From: the human T2T-CHM13v2.0 reference genome, Homo sapiens | Assembly: GCF_009914755.1 (NCBI RefSeq) | Contig: NC_060943.1 | DNA: 64,000 bases | Reading direction: 5' to 3' (one strand) | Part shown: positions 44,372 to 63,034 of the stretch, piece after piece | Layout: each line of letters opens with the position of its first letter | How positions within the stretch are numbered: the first letter of the stretch is position 1 | The notes under the pieces: model-generated | The model's input: only the letters and a program-made list of their open reading frames with translations | Told to the model about the DNA's origin: nothing | The model's database searches: none | Made by a program: the position numbers and the translations under genes

Positions 44372-44819
44372 CGCCTCTCCGGTGTGGAACTGAGAACAGA
44401 GAGAATGTATAAGTCTACTTGAATGGGAGAATAATCTTCGCTATATCTGCAAAGACAGAGACATGGTCTGTCTCTTTATTTATTTATTTATCTATTTTTC
44501 CTATTTTGAGACAGAGTTTCACTCTGTTGCCCAGGCTGGAGTAAAGTGGTATGATCTTGGCTCACTGCGACCTCTGCCTCCCGGGTTCAAGAGACTGCGC
44601 TGCCTCCCGGGTTCAGAGACTGAGTCCAAGCTCAGTCTCCTGACTAGCGTGGATTGCAGGTGACCGCCACCACGCCTGGCTAATTTTTGTATTTGTAGTA
44701 GAGACGAGGTTTCCCCATGTTGGCCCAGGCTGGTCTCGAACTCCTGACCCCAAGTTTTCTGCCCGCCTCAGCCTCCCAAAGTGCTGAGATTACAGGCATG
44801 AGCCACCACACCTGGCCCT

Positions 44820-45990
<1,171 letters not shown>

Positions 45991-45994
45991 GCCT

Positions 45995-46390
45995 GTTTAA
46001 TATGGTGGACAATTGATTAATTTTGAATACTGAATCAGTCTTGGGTCCCTGGAGTAAACCCCACTTGTCATGGTGTATAATTCACTTTATATATTGTTAA
46101 ATTCTACTTTGTAATATTTTGTTAAGGATTTTTGCACGTCTTCATGAGGGATATGGGGTGTAGCTTGCTTTCTTTGTACCGTCTTTATCTGGTTTTGGTA
46201 TCAGGGTCATAGTTCCATAAAATGAACAGGGAAGTGTCCCCTTCAATTTTCTGGAAGAGATGATGTGAAATTGGTGTTAATTCTTCTTTGAACCTTTGGC
46301 AGAATTCCTTAGTGAAACCATCTGGGTCTGGAGATTGCTTTTTTGGGAGTTTTTAAATTACAAATTCAATTTCCTTAGTAGTTACCAGGG
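45995..46390 (-). mobile_element. Old L1 (L1M) fragment
   Basis: T-rich antisense ORF2-like sequence (aaaccccacttgtcatggtgtataat..gtgaaaccatctgggtctggag). Confidence 0.7.
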
Positions 46391-46409
46391 CTAGACTTTG
46401 TATACATAG

Positions 46410-46808
<399 letters not shown>

Positions 46809-47479
46809 TGAGCCACTGTGCCCAGCCAGGGTGGTTAGTTTTTATTGTATTTGTCTAAGGCAATGTGGAGCGACAGAAGGATTTACAGCATGAGAGGAGG
46901 GCAGGGTGCGGTGGCTCACGCCTGTAATCCAAACACTTTGGGAGCCCAAGTGGGAAGATTGCTTAAGGCCAGGACTTGGAGACCAGCATGGGCAACATAG
47001 TGAGATCCCCTTCTTTTACAAGAAAATTAAAAATTAGCCAGGCATGCTGGTCACGCCTGTTGTCTCAGCTACTCTGGAGGCTGAGGCAAGAGGATCATTT
47101 GAGTCCAGGAGGCCAAGGCTGCAGTGAGCCATGATTACACCAATGCACTCCAGCCTGGGAGATAGAGCAAGGCCCTGTCTCGAAAAGAAAAGAAAATAGG
47201 CTGGGCGCAGTGGCTCACACCTGTAATCCCAGCACTTTGGGAGGCTGAGGCAGGTGGATCACCTGAGGTTGGGAGTTCGAGACCAGCCTGGCAAACATGG
47301 TGAAACCCCTTCTCTACTAAAAATACAAAAATTAGCTGGGTGTGGTGATGTGCATCTGCAGTCCCAGCTAATTGGGAGGCTGAGGCAGGAGAATCGCTTG
47401 AACCTGGTAGGCAGAGGTTGTAGCGAGCCAAGATCTTGCCACTACACTCCGGCCTGGGTGACAGAGCGAGACTCCGTCT

Positions 47480-47513
<34 letters not shown>

Positions 47514-49050
47514 AAAAAGAAAAGAAAAGAAAACAAAATAATAATATGGGAGGGAGGTGGTAATAGGTGCATTTTAGAAAGAGCCCTCTGGGGCAATGGT
47601 GGAAGACCGACAGGGTGGGGCATGAGTTTGGAGGCCTGAGACTCACTGCGATGGCCAGGATTTGGGTGCAAGAGGCTGGAGGTGTGGCTCAGGGTTTTGG
47701 AAGGCAGGGGACGGAAAAAAAGCCAAAGAGAAAGTGCGTAAGGAGTTGGGGAAATAAACTGAGGCCGGTTTGGGCTATGCTGAGTCTGCAGGCCTTGGGG
47801 ATGCCCGTTGTTGGCTGGACAGTCAGGGTGGGGCCCCTAAAGGGTGCCTGGGCTGGACAACAATAGTTCACATGTACCCAGCTCTTGCTCTATGTCAAGT
47901 CTTCTTCCTGAGAACATTCCCGAGCACCCTGGAGAGCCTCCCCCGCACCCCTACTGTCCAGTTCCCACTTCCCGACTGCGGTCTGGGCAAAGCCACCCGC
48001 ACTTGAGCCCATCCCACGGCGTCCCGGAGCTTTAGGAAGTCCCCATCCCGGACTTTCAACCCTGCCAGGGACTGAGGGAAATCCCAGAGCCTGGGCTCCG
48101 GGACGAAGGTCCCAGGACAGGGTCGGGGATGTAGTTGCAGAAACAGGGTAGGGGACAAAGGCCGGGGCTGCACTGATCAGGCGCGCAACGAGCCCGGCCC
48201 TGCCTCCTGCTCCGCCCAAGGGTATGGAGGGCCGGACTCGGCTGGCCTTATACCCGGAGCTGATTGGCTGGTGAGTCCAGTCCCTGCCTCTGATGGTTTG
48301 CGCTCATAACTAAGGGTTTCTACTGATTGGTTTACATGGACGTCTGCCCATTGGTCAAATCCGAGTTGGTGTAATCAGATAGTTGACACGGATTGGTTGG
48401 TGCGGGAATCCAGTAGCTTGCTATCGATTGGTTGAGGGTGAAATAAATGGGACTCTTATCATTGGCTGGCGGGCTCCGCAACGGTCCAATCATGGAATCA
48501 GTCGAGGGCCGCCCGGGAGGGTGGGAGTTAATTCTTTAGCGACTGAGGCCGGCTTGGGCTCTTTGGCTCCACCTGTGTCTGCGCGAGGCTGTTCCCTATT
48601 GGAGTCCGCATTGTTCCCCTGGACCTGAGTTTCTCCCCTGGTCCTAAAGGCCGAGGCCTCTGAGTTCCTCAAGTGCGGTGACCGCAGGTCTCACCTTCTC
48701 CTCTCCTTGCAGCAGGCTGAGCCACTCGCGCACCCGCCCCAGGCTTCCACCTTGCAACCTCTATCCCTGGACAGCGAGGCCTCAGTTTCCCCATTCGCAC
48801 CAATGAGCTCCCGGTCAACACCCCGTCACGCCTCAGTTTCCCGAATGTTCCCAGAGGGCTGAGTTCCCGATCTCTCTCCCGCGTGGGCATCCCCGAGGCC
48901 TCAGTTTCTCCGCCCACCCCAGCGCGCCGAGCCCTTCCCCCGACCCCGGCGACGGCCAATGGTTGGGGCGCCCCTCCCCTCCCCGGGGCGGGGCCGCGTG
49001 ACGTGCCGGGAAGCCGGAGTCTAGAGCTCCGGGCGCGGGGAGGCGCGGCC

Positions 49051-49057
49051 ATGGCAG
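49051..49057 (+). CDS. MPND: MPND coding exon 1 (7 nt, MA)
   Basis: gccATGG Kozak; GTACGG donor; frame joins exon 2 (A-P-E-P-L). Confidence 0.88.
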
Positions 49058-49164
49058 GTACGGCGGGCCCAGCGGGGCGGAGGCGCGGGGCGCGGGGCTG
49101 CAGGGGCGCGGGGCTGCAGAGCCGTGGGGCGAGCGGCCTCCCTGCAGCCTCTCGCTGTCCGCAG

Positions 49165-49451
49165 CTCCGGAGCCGCTGTCCCCGGCGGGCGGTGCGGGCG
49201 AGGAGGCGCCGGAGGAGGACGAGGACGAAGCGGAGGCCGAGGACCCTGAGCGGCCGAATGCGGGAGCGGGCGGTGGACGCAGTGGCGGCGGCGGCAGTAG
49301 CGTCAGCGGAGGAGGCGGCGGCGGCGGGGCCGGGGCGGGGGGCTGCGGCGGGCCCGGGGGCGCGCTCACCAGGCGCGCGGTCACACTGCGGGTGCTCCTC
49401 AAAGACGCGCTGCTGGAGCCTGGCGCCGGGGTGCTGTCCATCTACTACCTG
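49165..49451 (+). CDS. MPND: MPND exon 2 (acidic and Gly-rich N-terminus, RAMA start)
   Basis: APEPLSPAGG...VTLRVLLKDALLEPGAGVLSIYYL; AG/GT. Confidence 0.94.
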
Positions 49452-49495
49452 GTGAGCACCCCGCCTCCCTCGTCCCATCGCGGCTCGGGCAGGAA

Positions 49496-49940
49496 GGGGA
49501 AACTGAGGCCTGGAGTTCCCTTGCTGCAGGACAAGCTTCAGTGTAGGGAGGGGACACTGAGGCCCGGAGCTCCCTTGCTGAGAGACGAGCCCCGGTGTGG
49601 CGAGGGGAAACTGAGGCCCGGGGCTCCGTTGACTGCAGGAAGAGCTCCAGTGTGAGGAGGGGAAACTGAGGCTCGGAGCTCTCTTGGCTGCAGGAAGAGC
49701 CCCGACATGAAGAGGGGAGACTGAGGCCCGGAGCTCCCTTGGCGGCAGGAAGAGCCCCGGTGTGAGGAAGGGAGACTGAGGCCTGGAGAGCTCCCTTGCT
49801 TTAGGACAAGCCCCAGTGTGGGGAGGGGAAACTGAGGCCCAGAGCTCCTTTCCTGCAGGAGGAGCTCCCGTGGAGGGGACACTGAGGCCCGGAGCTCTTT
49901 TTACGGGACAAGCCCCATGTGGAGAGAGGAATCTGAGGCA
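49496..49940 (+). repeat. ~55-bp minisatellite (about 8 copies) in MPND intron 2
   Basis: CTGAGG anchors about every 55 bp from ~49502 to ~49932. Confidence 0.9.
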
Positions 49941-50130
49941 CAGATGGGTCCTTCTGGTGGGGAGGACGTAGATTACCAAACACCCCATCCCACAAAGGAG
50001 AAGCTGAGGCTCAGAGAGGAGCCACCACCCGCGCAGGGTCAGATGGGCAACACCCCGGCCTTCCTGTGGTTTCCCAGCTGTGAAATGGAATATTTCCCCA
50101 CCATGGGAAAATTAGGGGATGGTTAAATGA

Positions 50131-50561
<431 letters not shown>

Positions 50562-50630
50562 TAGCATGATCTCGGCTCACTGCAACCTCTGCCTCCCGGT
50601 TCAAGCAATTCTCCTGCCTTAGCCTCTTGA

Positions 50631-50837
<207 letters not shown>

Positions 50838-51201
50838 TGATTTGTGAATGGTAGCACATTATTCCCCTTCTGAATGGGAGTTTCTGAATGGAGCAACTGC
50901 TGAGTGTTGCATCCTGGAGACACAGCAGTGATCAAGACAGACAGACCCTATCCCCGATCTTAGGGGTTTCTTGGTCATGGTGGGCGGGGTGCAGATATCT
51001 GCCAGGCAGCTTGGTGCAGGCTGATCAGGTTTGTGGGTGTGGACTCCCAGGCACTGAGGAGGCCCTGCAGCCGGCCTGAGAGGTGTTCCTGGAAGCCCTG
51101 TAAAGACATGCCTGAGGGAGCGTAGGTCTGGGGAGGACCCCCCGGGAGAGAGGGCATGGTGGGTGTTGGTCCTGGGCCCAGCCAGCTGACTGTCACTGCA
51201 G

Positions 51202-51438
51202 GGGAAGAAGTTCCTGGGCGACCTGCAGCCAGACGGAAGGATCATGTGGCAGGAGACCGGGCAGACCTTCAACTCACCCAGCGCCTGGGCCACCCACTGC
51301 AAGAAGCTGGTGAACCCTGCCAAGAAGTCGGGCTGTGGCTGGGCCTCTGTCAAGTACAAAGGCCAGAAACTGGACAAGTACAAGGCCACCTGGCTCCGGC
51401 TGCACCAGCTGCACACGCCTGCCACGGCTGCTGATGAG
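51202..51438 (+). CDS. MPND: MPND exon 3 (RAMA domain)
   Basis: GKKFLGDL...FNSPSAWATHC...GWASVKYKG...AADE; AG/GT; 237 nt. Confidence 0.95.
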
Positions 51439-51826
51439 GTACGTGCTGCAGCCTCCTCCAGGAAGCCGCCCAGGTCACTGTGGAATGAGGGGTGCCCAGC
51501 CTGGCACAGCTCTCTCCGGAGGAGGTATTAGTAATATATACAAACACGGATGGAGCCCTTACCACGTGACATGCCTCCTCCATCCCTCCAGGGCTGGGGC
51601 GGAGAGAGGGGACATGGGAGCTTGGGCTTTGAGGGATGAGCAGGAGTTTGTCAGAGCAAGTTGAAGGGAAGAGCTTTCTAGAAGGATGGAATGGCATACG
51701 CAAAGTCATGTAGACAAGAAGAAAGACCTGCTGGTGTCATGGGTGGCTGAGGGGGCTGGAAATGATGGCAGGGACCAGAGGGGCACTGGGGGAACTTCAA
51801 ATGCTATGATAATAGATGTTCCCTGA

Positions 51827-52081
<255 letters not shown>

Positions 52082-52269
52082 TAGGCTGGTCTCAAACTCC
52101 TGGCCTCCAGCAATCCTCCCACCTGGACTTCCCAAAGTGTTGGGATTGCGGGCGTGAGCTACTGCACTGGCCGTTTTTTTTTTCTTATGTGAAATGGAGA
52201 TGGTAGGCCAGGCACAGTGGCTCATGCCTGTAATCCCAGCATTTTGGGAGGCTGAAGCAGGCAGGTTCA

Positions 52270-55410
<3,141 letters not shown>

Positions 55411-55429
55411 TTTCAGTATGTATTCAGTT

Positions 55430-56530
55430 AGTGGCCAACTGTGTGCAAGGCCTGTTTTAGGCACTGAATATAAAGCAGAGGGCAAAAAAAGTCAAAAATC
55501 CCTGCCTTTGGGTGGGAGTTGTGGGGGAAGAAGGTGGTTGGGGGGGCTTCACTGAGAAGGTGACATTTGAACGGAGAACTGAAGGTGGGGAGGGAGGGAG
55601 GGTGCCATGAGGACTTCTGAGAAACAGCCCCTGCAAAGGCCCTGGGGCACGACCGTGCCTGGTGTGTTGGAGGAACAGCGAGGAGCCTGTGTGGCTGGAG
55701 CCGAGTGAGTAAGGGAGAGAGAAGGAGGTGGGGAGGATGGGAAGGGGACAGGGCAGGTCATGCAGGGCCCTGTAGGTTATGGGGAGAACTTGGGCTTTGA
55801 CCGGGAGGAAGGTGGGAGCCATGGAGTGTTGCAGGCAGAGGAAGGACAGGATCTGACTGAGGTGCTCACAGGCGTTCTCTGGTGGCTGCTGTGGGGACTA
55901 GACTGTCGGGGGTTAGGGTGGGATCCAGGGACCAGGGCAGAGGTGAGTGAGCTGGTCCAGGTGAGGGATGATGGAGTGGCCCAGGCCGACCATGGAGCAG
56001 GGAAGAAGTGGGCAGGTTCCAGGTATTTTTGGAAGTGTATCCGCCAGATTTGCTGATAGATCAGATGCTGGAGTCCTGAGCAAGTGGGTGGATCGAGCTG
56101 CCAAAATTGGGGGATGTGGGAAGGGCAGATCTGGGGGTTCAGTGGGGCCCAGCATGGCTGTGTTGAGTGTGACCCTGTGAGTCCCCCACATGGAGACATA
56201 GAGAGGCAGCTGGGCCCTGAGTCTGGAGCCGGGCGAGGCTTGGGCTGGAGACAGGACTGTGGGCAGTGTCAGGTGTAGACAGGATTTGGAGCCCTGAGAG
56301 GGGATGAGGCCACCTGGGAGGGGTGTGGAGGGAGGAGGCCTGAAAACCCAGCCTGGGGCCAGCAACAGCGAGAGGGGAGGTGAGAGGGAGCCAGGCGAGC
56401 GTGGGATCCGGGGGTTGTGTGAGGACCGTGTCCTGGTAGGTAGGAGGCTGTGCTGGGTCAGATGCTGCCGAGAAGGTGACGAGGACAGAAAGTGAGATGT
56501 GACCCAGAGAGGTCACCTCCACAAGGGCAG
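55430..56530. mobile_element. L2-derived segment (related pieces at ~4170-4420 and ~5960-6200)
   Basis: ggcttcactgagaaggtgacatttga..tgcaaaggccctg..tgtggctggagc L2 3'-region motifs. Confidence 0.65.
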
Positions 56531-57129
56531 TTTAGGACAGAACTGGAGGAGAGGTTATTTTTAATTTGTATTTTTGTAGACAGAGTCTCGCTCCGTCACC
56601 CAGGCTGTAGTACAATGGTGTGATCTCAGTTCACTGCAGTCTCCGCCTCCCGGGTTCAAGTGATCCTCCTGCCTCAGCCTCCTGAGTAGCTGGGATTGCA
56701 GGTGTTCGCCACGATGCCTGGCTAATTTTTGTATTTTTAGTAGAGATGGGGTTTCACCATGTTGGCCAGGCTGGTCTCGAACTCCTGACCTCAAGTGGTC
56801 CACCGCCTCAGCCTCCCAAAGTGCTGGGATTGCAGGCGTGGGCCACTGTGCCCGACTGGGAGGAAAGGTTACTGAAAGACGTGAAAGCCACCTATGTATG
56901 GTGCTGGCTCGCTCAATGAACGGAGCATCTAGGTGTATGCTAAATGCTTTGTGCGTATGATTTCATTTCACCCTGATGCCATCCCCGTGGAGTTGGAGGT
57001 CATTGTGCCCTTTTACAGATAAGAATAGACTTGGCGGCCGGGCACGGTGGCTCACGCCTTTAATCCCAGCACTTTGGGTGGCCGAGATGGGCAAATCACA
57101 AGGTCAGACGATCGAGACCATCCTGGCTA

Positions 57130-57806
<677 letters not shown>

Positions 57807-58351
57807 AATGGTGCTCACCAAAGGTTGCGCAGGGCTTGTATTATAAAATGCGAGGTGAGCCGGGTGCGGTGGCTTACGCCTGTAATCCCAGCACTTTGGG
57901 AGGCCGAGGTGGGTGGATCACCTGAGGTCGGGAGTTTGAGACCAGCCTGACCAACATGGAGAAATCCCGTCTCTACTAAGAATACAAAATTAGCTGGATG
58001 TGGTGGTGCATGCCTGTAACCCCAGCTACTCAGGAGGCTGAGGCAGGAGAGTCACTTGAACCCAGGAGGCAGAAGTTGCAGTGAGCCGAAATCACACCAC
58101 TGCACTCCAGACTGGGCGACAGAGAGAGACTCCGTCTCAAAAATAAATAAATAAAAAATAAATTACAAATAAATAAAAAAAATGTGAGGTCTTAGCTTAA
58201 GGCCTTCTCTGCTCCCTCCTTCCCTCTAGTGGTCATGTGGGGCAATGGCACTTACGGCTTAGGCCAAAGGGCTGGGGTGGGATTTAGCAGGGAGAGGGGG
58301 GGGCACCCAGCTGAGGGTCCCACCGCTGTCCCTGACCCCTAACCCCTGCAG

Positions 58352-58484
58352 AGCCCAGCCAGTGAAGGGGAGGAGGAGGAGTTGCTGATGGAAGAGGAGG
58401 AGGAGGACGTTCTGGCGGGGGTCTCAGCAGAGGACAAGAGTCGGAGACCACTGGGGAAGAGCCCTTCAGAGCCTGCCCACCCGG
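58352..58484 (+). CDS. MPND: MPND exon 4 (acidic linker)
   Basis: SPASEGEEEELLMEEEEED...PAHP; AG/GT. Confidence 0.94.
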
Positions 58485-58692
58485 GTGAGAGGCGTGGGGA
58501 GGGGAGGCAGGACAGGGGCGGATACAGCTCGGGTTGGGGAGGAGACTGGGGAGAGGTTGGGCCTTGATCTTCTCCTAGGGCCCCCAAGATGGAGACATGG
58601 AGAGTCAGCTGGGCCCTAAGTCTGGAGCCGGGCGAGGCCTGGGCTGAAGACAGTCCCACTGCCCAGTTTTACTCACCGCCTTGACTTCTTAA

Positions 58693-59080
<388 letters not shown>

Positions 59081-59491
59081 TAACTGCAGCCTCAACCTCC
59101 TGGGTTCAAGTGATGCTCTCACCTCAGCCTCTTGAGTAACTGGGACCACAGGTGTGCACCACCACACCCGGCTAATTTTTGTATTTTTTTTCAGAGACGA
59201 GATCTCATCATCTTGCCCAGGCTGGTCTTGAACTCCTGGACTTGAGCAATCCTCTCACCTCAGCTTCCCAGTGAAAAAAAATTTCTTCTTCGTAAATAAG
59301 AGTCTCACTCTGTAACTCAGGCTGGAGTGCAGTGGTGTGATCACAGCTCCCTGCAGCCTCAACCTCCCATGCTCAAGCGATCCTCCTGCTTCAGCACTGG
59401 GATTATAGGCATGCACCACCACACCCAGTGGCCACCTAATTTGTTCTAACTTGGGCTGGGGAGGGACTGACCCTGCCTTTTTCTCTCCCAG

Positions 59492-59576
59492 AGGCCACAA
59501 CCCCAGGGAAGCGGGTGGACAGCAAGATCCGGGTTCCGGTCCGCTACTGCATGCTGGGCAGCCGCGACTTGGCCAG
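59492..59576 (+). CDS. MPND: MPND exon 5
   Basis: EATTPGKRVDSKIRVPVRYCMLGSRDLAR; AG/GT. Confidence 0.94.
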
Positions 59577-59770
59577 GTCAGACTCACCCCAAGTTCTGCC
59601 CCTGCCCCAGCTCACCTGGATCTCTTGCTGGTCTTGGGGTAGCAAGGGCAGGGGTGGGGGGTGGGACAGAGCCTCAGATCCTCAGAGCTGTGGGGTTGGG
59701 GGAGTCAGTGTGGGGGCGAGGGAAGAGCCTGGGGATTCCTGAGACTGTGCGACCCTCCTGGCCCCTACAG

Positions 59771-59867
59771 GAACCCCCACACCCTGGTGGAAGTAACATC
59801 CTTTGCAGCCATCAACAAGTTCCAGCCGTTCAACGTGGCTGTTTCTAGCAACGTGCTGTTCCTGCTG
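59771..59867 (+). CDS. MPND: MPND exon 6 (MPN start)
   Basis: NPHTLVEVTSF...NVLFLL; AG/GT. Confidence 0.94.
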
Positions 59868-60395
59868 GTGTGTGGCCCACCCTGTCTAGGGGCAAGGGGC
59901 TCCGGAGCCCAGTCGGTGGGCAGCGGGCGGGGCTCCCCTGCGTATCAGCTCCATGAGAGCTGGGGCCTTGTCTGCTTTGTTTGCTACTGGTACACTGTGG
60001 GTGCTCAATAAATGTATGAAGGAGGGTGCGTGGCCAGGCCCAGTGGCTCACACCTGTAATCCCAGCACTTTGGGAAGCTGAGGCAGCGGGTCACCTGAAC
60101 TCAGGAGTTCGAGACAAGCCTGGGTAACACTGAAACCCTGTCTCTACTAAACATACAAAAATTAGCTGGGCATGGTGGTGCACGCCTCTAATCCCAGCTA
60201 CCTGAGAGGCTGAGACAGGAGAATGGCTTGAACTGGGGAGGCGGAGGTTGCGGTGAGCCGAGATCGTGCCACTGCCCTCCAGCCTGGGCGACAGAGCAAG
60301 ACTGAGTCTCAAAGAGAATGAGGGCACAGGCTGGCTCCAGTGTTGGGGCAGGGCCACAGCCTGAGCCAGTCTTTTGCTGTTCCTCCCTTCCCCAG

Positions 60396-60468
60396 GACTT
60401 CCACAGTCACCTGACACGGAGTGAGGTCGTGGGTTACCTGGGGGGCCGCTGGGACGTCAACAGCCAGA
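60396..60468 (+). CDS. MPND: MPND exon 7 (contains JAMM Glu, EVVGYLGG)
   Basis: [24 protein letters not shown]; AG/GT. Confidence 0.94.
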
Positions 60469-60543
60469 GTGGGTATCCAGGGCCGGGTGGGCGGGGGCGT
60501 TGGGGGACCGGGGTCACGGGGTCACAGCTGCCCCTCCCCACAG

Positions 60544-60620
60544 TGCTGACGGTGCTCAGAGCCTTCCCTTGTCGGAGCCGGCTCGGGGACGCAGAGACTG
60601 CAGCTGCCATCGAAGAGGAG
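60544..60620 (+). CDS. MPND: MPND exon 8
   Basis: MLTVLRAFPCRSRLGDAETAAAIEEE; AG/GT. Confidence 0.94.
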
Positions 60621-62701
60621 GTGAGGGGCTACCTGGGAGGTGGCATTCTGGGAAGGGTTGGGAAGGGACATAGCTGTCCTGGCGACTGCCCAGTGGCTGG
60701 CAGTGTCATCACCCAGCAACCGTGCAGGTGAGCATGCCCGTCTGTGTGCCTGGGACCCCATGGTGAAGGGTGAAGAACACTGCTTTTTTTTTTTTTTTTT
60801 TTTGAGACGGAGTCTCGCTCTGTCACCCAGGCTAGAGTGCAGTGGTGCGATCTCAGCTCCCTGCAAGCTCCGCCTCCCGGGTTCACGCCATTCTCCTGCC
60901 TCAGCCTCCTGAATAGCTGGGACTACAGGTGCCTGCCACCACGCCCAGCTAATTTTTTGTATTTTTAGTAGAGACGGGGTTTCACCGCGTTAGCCAGGAT
61001 GGTCTCGATCCCCTGACCTCGTGATCTGCCCGCCTCAGCCTCCCAAAGTGCTGGGATTACAGGCGTGAGCCACCGTGCCCAGCTAATTTTTTGTATTTTT
61101 AGTAGAGACAGGGTTTCACCATGTTGGTCAGGATGGTCTTGATCTCTTTACCTCGTGATCCGCCCACCTCAGCCTCCCAAAGTGTTGGGATTACAGGGGT
61201 GAGCCACCGTGCCTGGTCAGGATGGTCTCGATCTCTTGACCTCGTGATCTGCCCACCTCGGTCTCCCAAAGTGCTGGGATTACAGGTGTGAGCCACTGCG
61301 CCCGGCCTTTTTTTTTTTTCTCGAGACATTCTCGCTCTGTCGCCCAGGATGGAGTGCAGGGCGCGATCTTGGCTCACTGCAACCTCCACCTTCCGGATTC
61401 AAGTGATTCTCCTGCCTCTGCCTCCTGAATACCTAGGATTACAGGTGTGCGCCACCATCTCCAGCTAATTTTTGTATTTTTAGTTGAGACAGGGTTTCAC
61501 CATGTTGGCCAGGCTGGTTTCAAACTCCTGACCTCGTGATCCACCCGCGTCAGCCTCCCAAAGTGCTGGGATTACAGGTGTGAGCCACCGCGCCCAGCCT
61601 AAGAGCACTGCTTTTGGATCTCCTAGCCCTGGTGCTGAAACCTCGCCAGCCCCCTCCCCTCTCAGAGCCTTGGTTTCCTTGTCTGTAAAATGAGCGGCTT
61701 CAATGAAAGGCCATCAGATCCAGGCACCGGGGATTCACACCTGGAATCCCAGCACTTAGGGAGGCCGAGGCAGGAGGTTTGCTGGAGTTCAACACCAGCC
61801 TGGGGCCACAGCAAGACCCCGTCTCTACAAAAGATAAAAAAAATTAGCCAGACATGGTGGTACGCACCTGTAGTCCCATCTATTTGAGAGGCTGAGGCAG
61901 GAGGATGGATTGAGTCCAGGAGGTTGAGGCTTCAGTGAGCTGAGATGGCGCCACTGTGTTCCAGCCTGGGTGACAGAGCAAGACCCTATATCTAAGAACA
62001 TAAAAAGTGAAGGGCTGCTAATATTGAATGCTCAGTGCCAGGCCTCATCTATTAAACACTACTCATAAGTGCCAGTTGCTATTCTTTTTTTTTTTTTCCT
62101 TTTCTTTGAGACACGATCTTGCTCTGTTGCCCAGGCTGGACTGCAGTGGCATAATCATGGCTCACTGCAGCATCAGCTGCCCAGGTTCAACATCCTCCTG
62201 CCTCAGCCTCCACAGTAGATGGGAGTACAGACACACGCCACCACACCTGGCTAATTTTTGTATTTTTAGTAGAGAAGGGGGTTTCTCCATGTTGGCCAGG
62301 CTAGTCTTGAACTCGTGACCTCAAGTGATCTGCCTGCCTCAGCCTCCCAAAGCACTGGGATTATAGGCGTGAGCCACTGCTCCCAGCCTAGTTTTAACTG
62401 TTTGTTGAGTGCTTACTGTGTGGCGACCATTATTCTGTAAGCTGGGCTACAGCAGTGAACAAAATGACTTTGGTGTCCTGGCTTTGTGGCAGGGTGCATC
62501 TTTTATATTAAAAGAGGTCCTTGTTGGCTGTCTCTCCAGCTCCCACTGGACTCAGTGGCGGTGGGGGCAGGGCCTGTCTTGGTCATCACTGTGTCCCCAG
62601 GCCTGATACACAGCAGGAATTCGTTCAGGGCTGGCCAGCCACATAAGCTCACTAGAGCCGTTCAGGCCCCTGTGCCCGCTGAGCTGCGCCTCTGTCCCCA
62701 G

Positions 62702-62870
62702 ATCTACCAGAGCCTGTTCCTGCGGGGCCTGTCCCTGGTGGGCTGGTACCACAGCCACCCACACAGCCCGGCGCTGCCATCTCTGCAGGACATCGACGCA
62801 CAGATGGACTACCAGCTGCGGCTGCAGGGCTCCAGCAATGGCTTCCAGCCCTGCCTCGCCCTGCTCTGCT
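62702..62870 (+). CDS. MPND: MPND exon 9 (JAMM motif HxHx7Sx2D)
   Basis: IYQSLF...VGWYHSHPHSPALPSLQD...ALLC; AG/GT. Confidence 0.96.
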
Positions 62871-62963
62871 GTACGCGGGATGGGGCTGTGGGGGGAGCAA
62901 GGAGGGGGGATGCTGGGCCAGCCGAGCCTCCCAGGGCCAACCCCTCTCCCTCTCTCCCGCCAG

Positions 62964-63034
62964 CCCCTTACTATTCTGGCAACCCAGGCCCCGAGTCCAA
63001 GATCTCGCCTTTCTGGGTGATGCCTCCTCCCGAG
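62964..63034 (+). CDS. MPND: MPND exon 10
   Basis: SPYYSGNPGPESKISPFWVMPPPE; AG/GT. Confidence 0.94.

Larger units (their letters stand above)
48200..49480. promoter_or_regulatory. CpG island / divergent promoter region of MPND (and probable distal STAP2 start)
   Basis: CpG-dense; CCAAT 48956, GGGGCGGGGC ~48984, TGACGT ~48999; ATTGG cluster 48263-48602. Confidence 0.8.

Noticed and set aside
48669-49988. 439-aa minus-strand ORF over the MPND 5' end
   Set aside because: Stop-poor GC-rich antisense frame plus the 55-bp repeat; non-ATG start; no recognisable domain.
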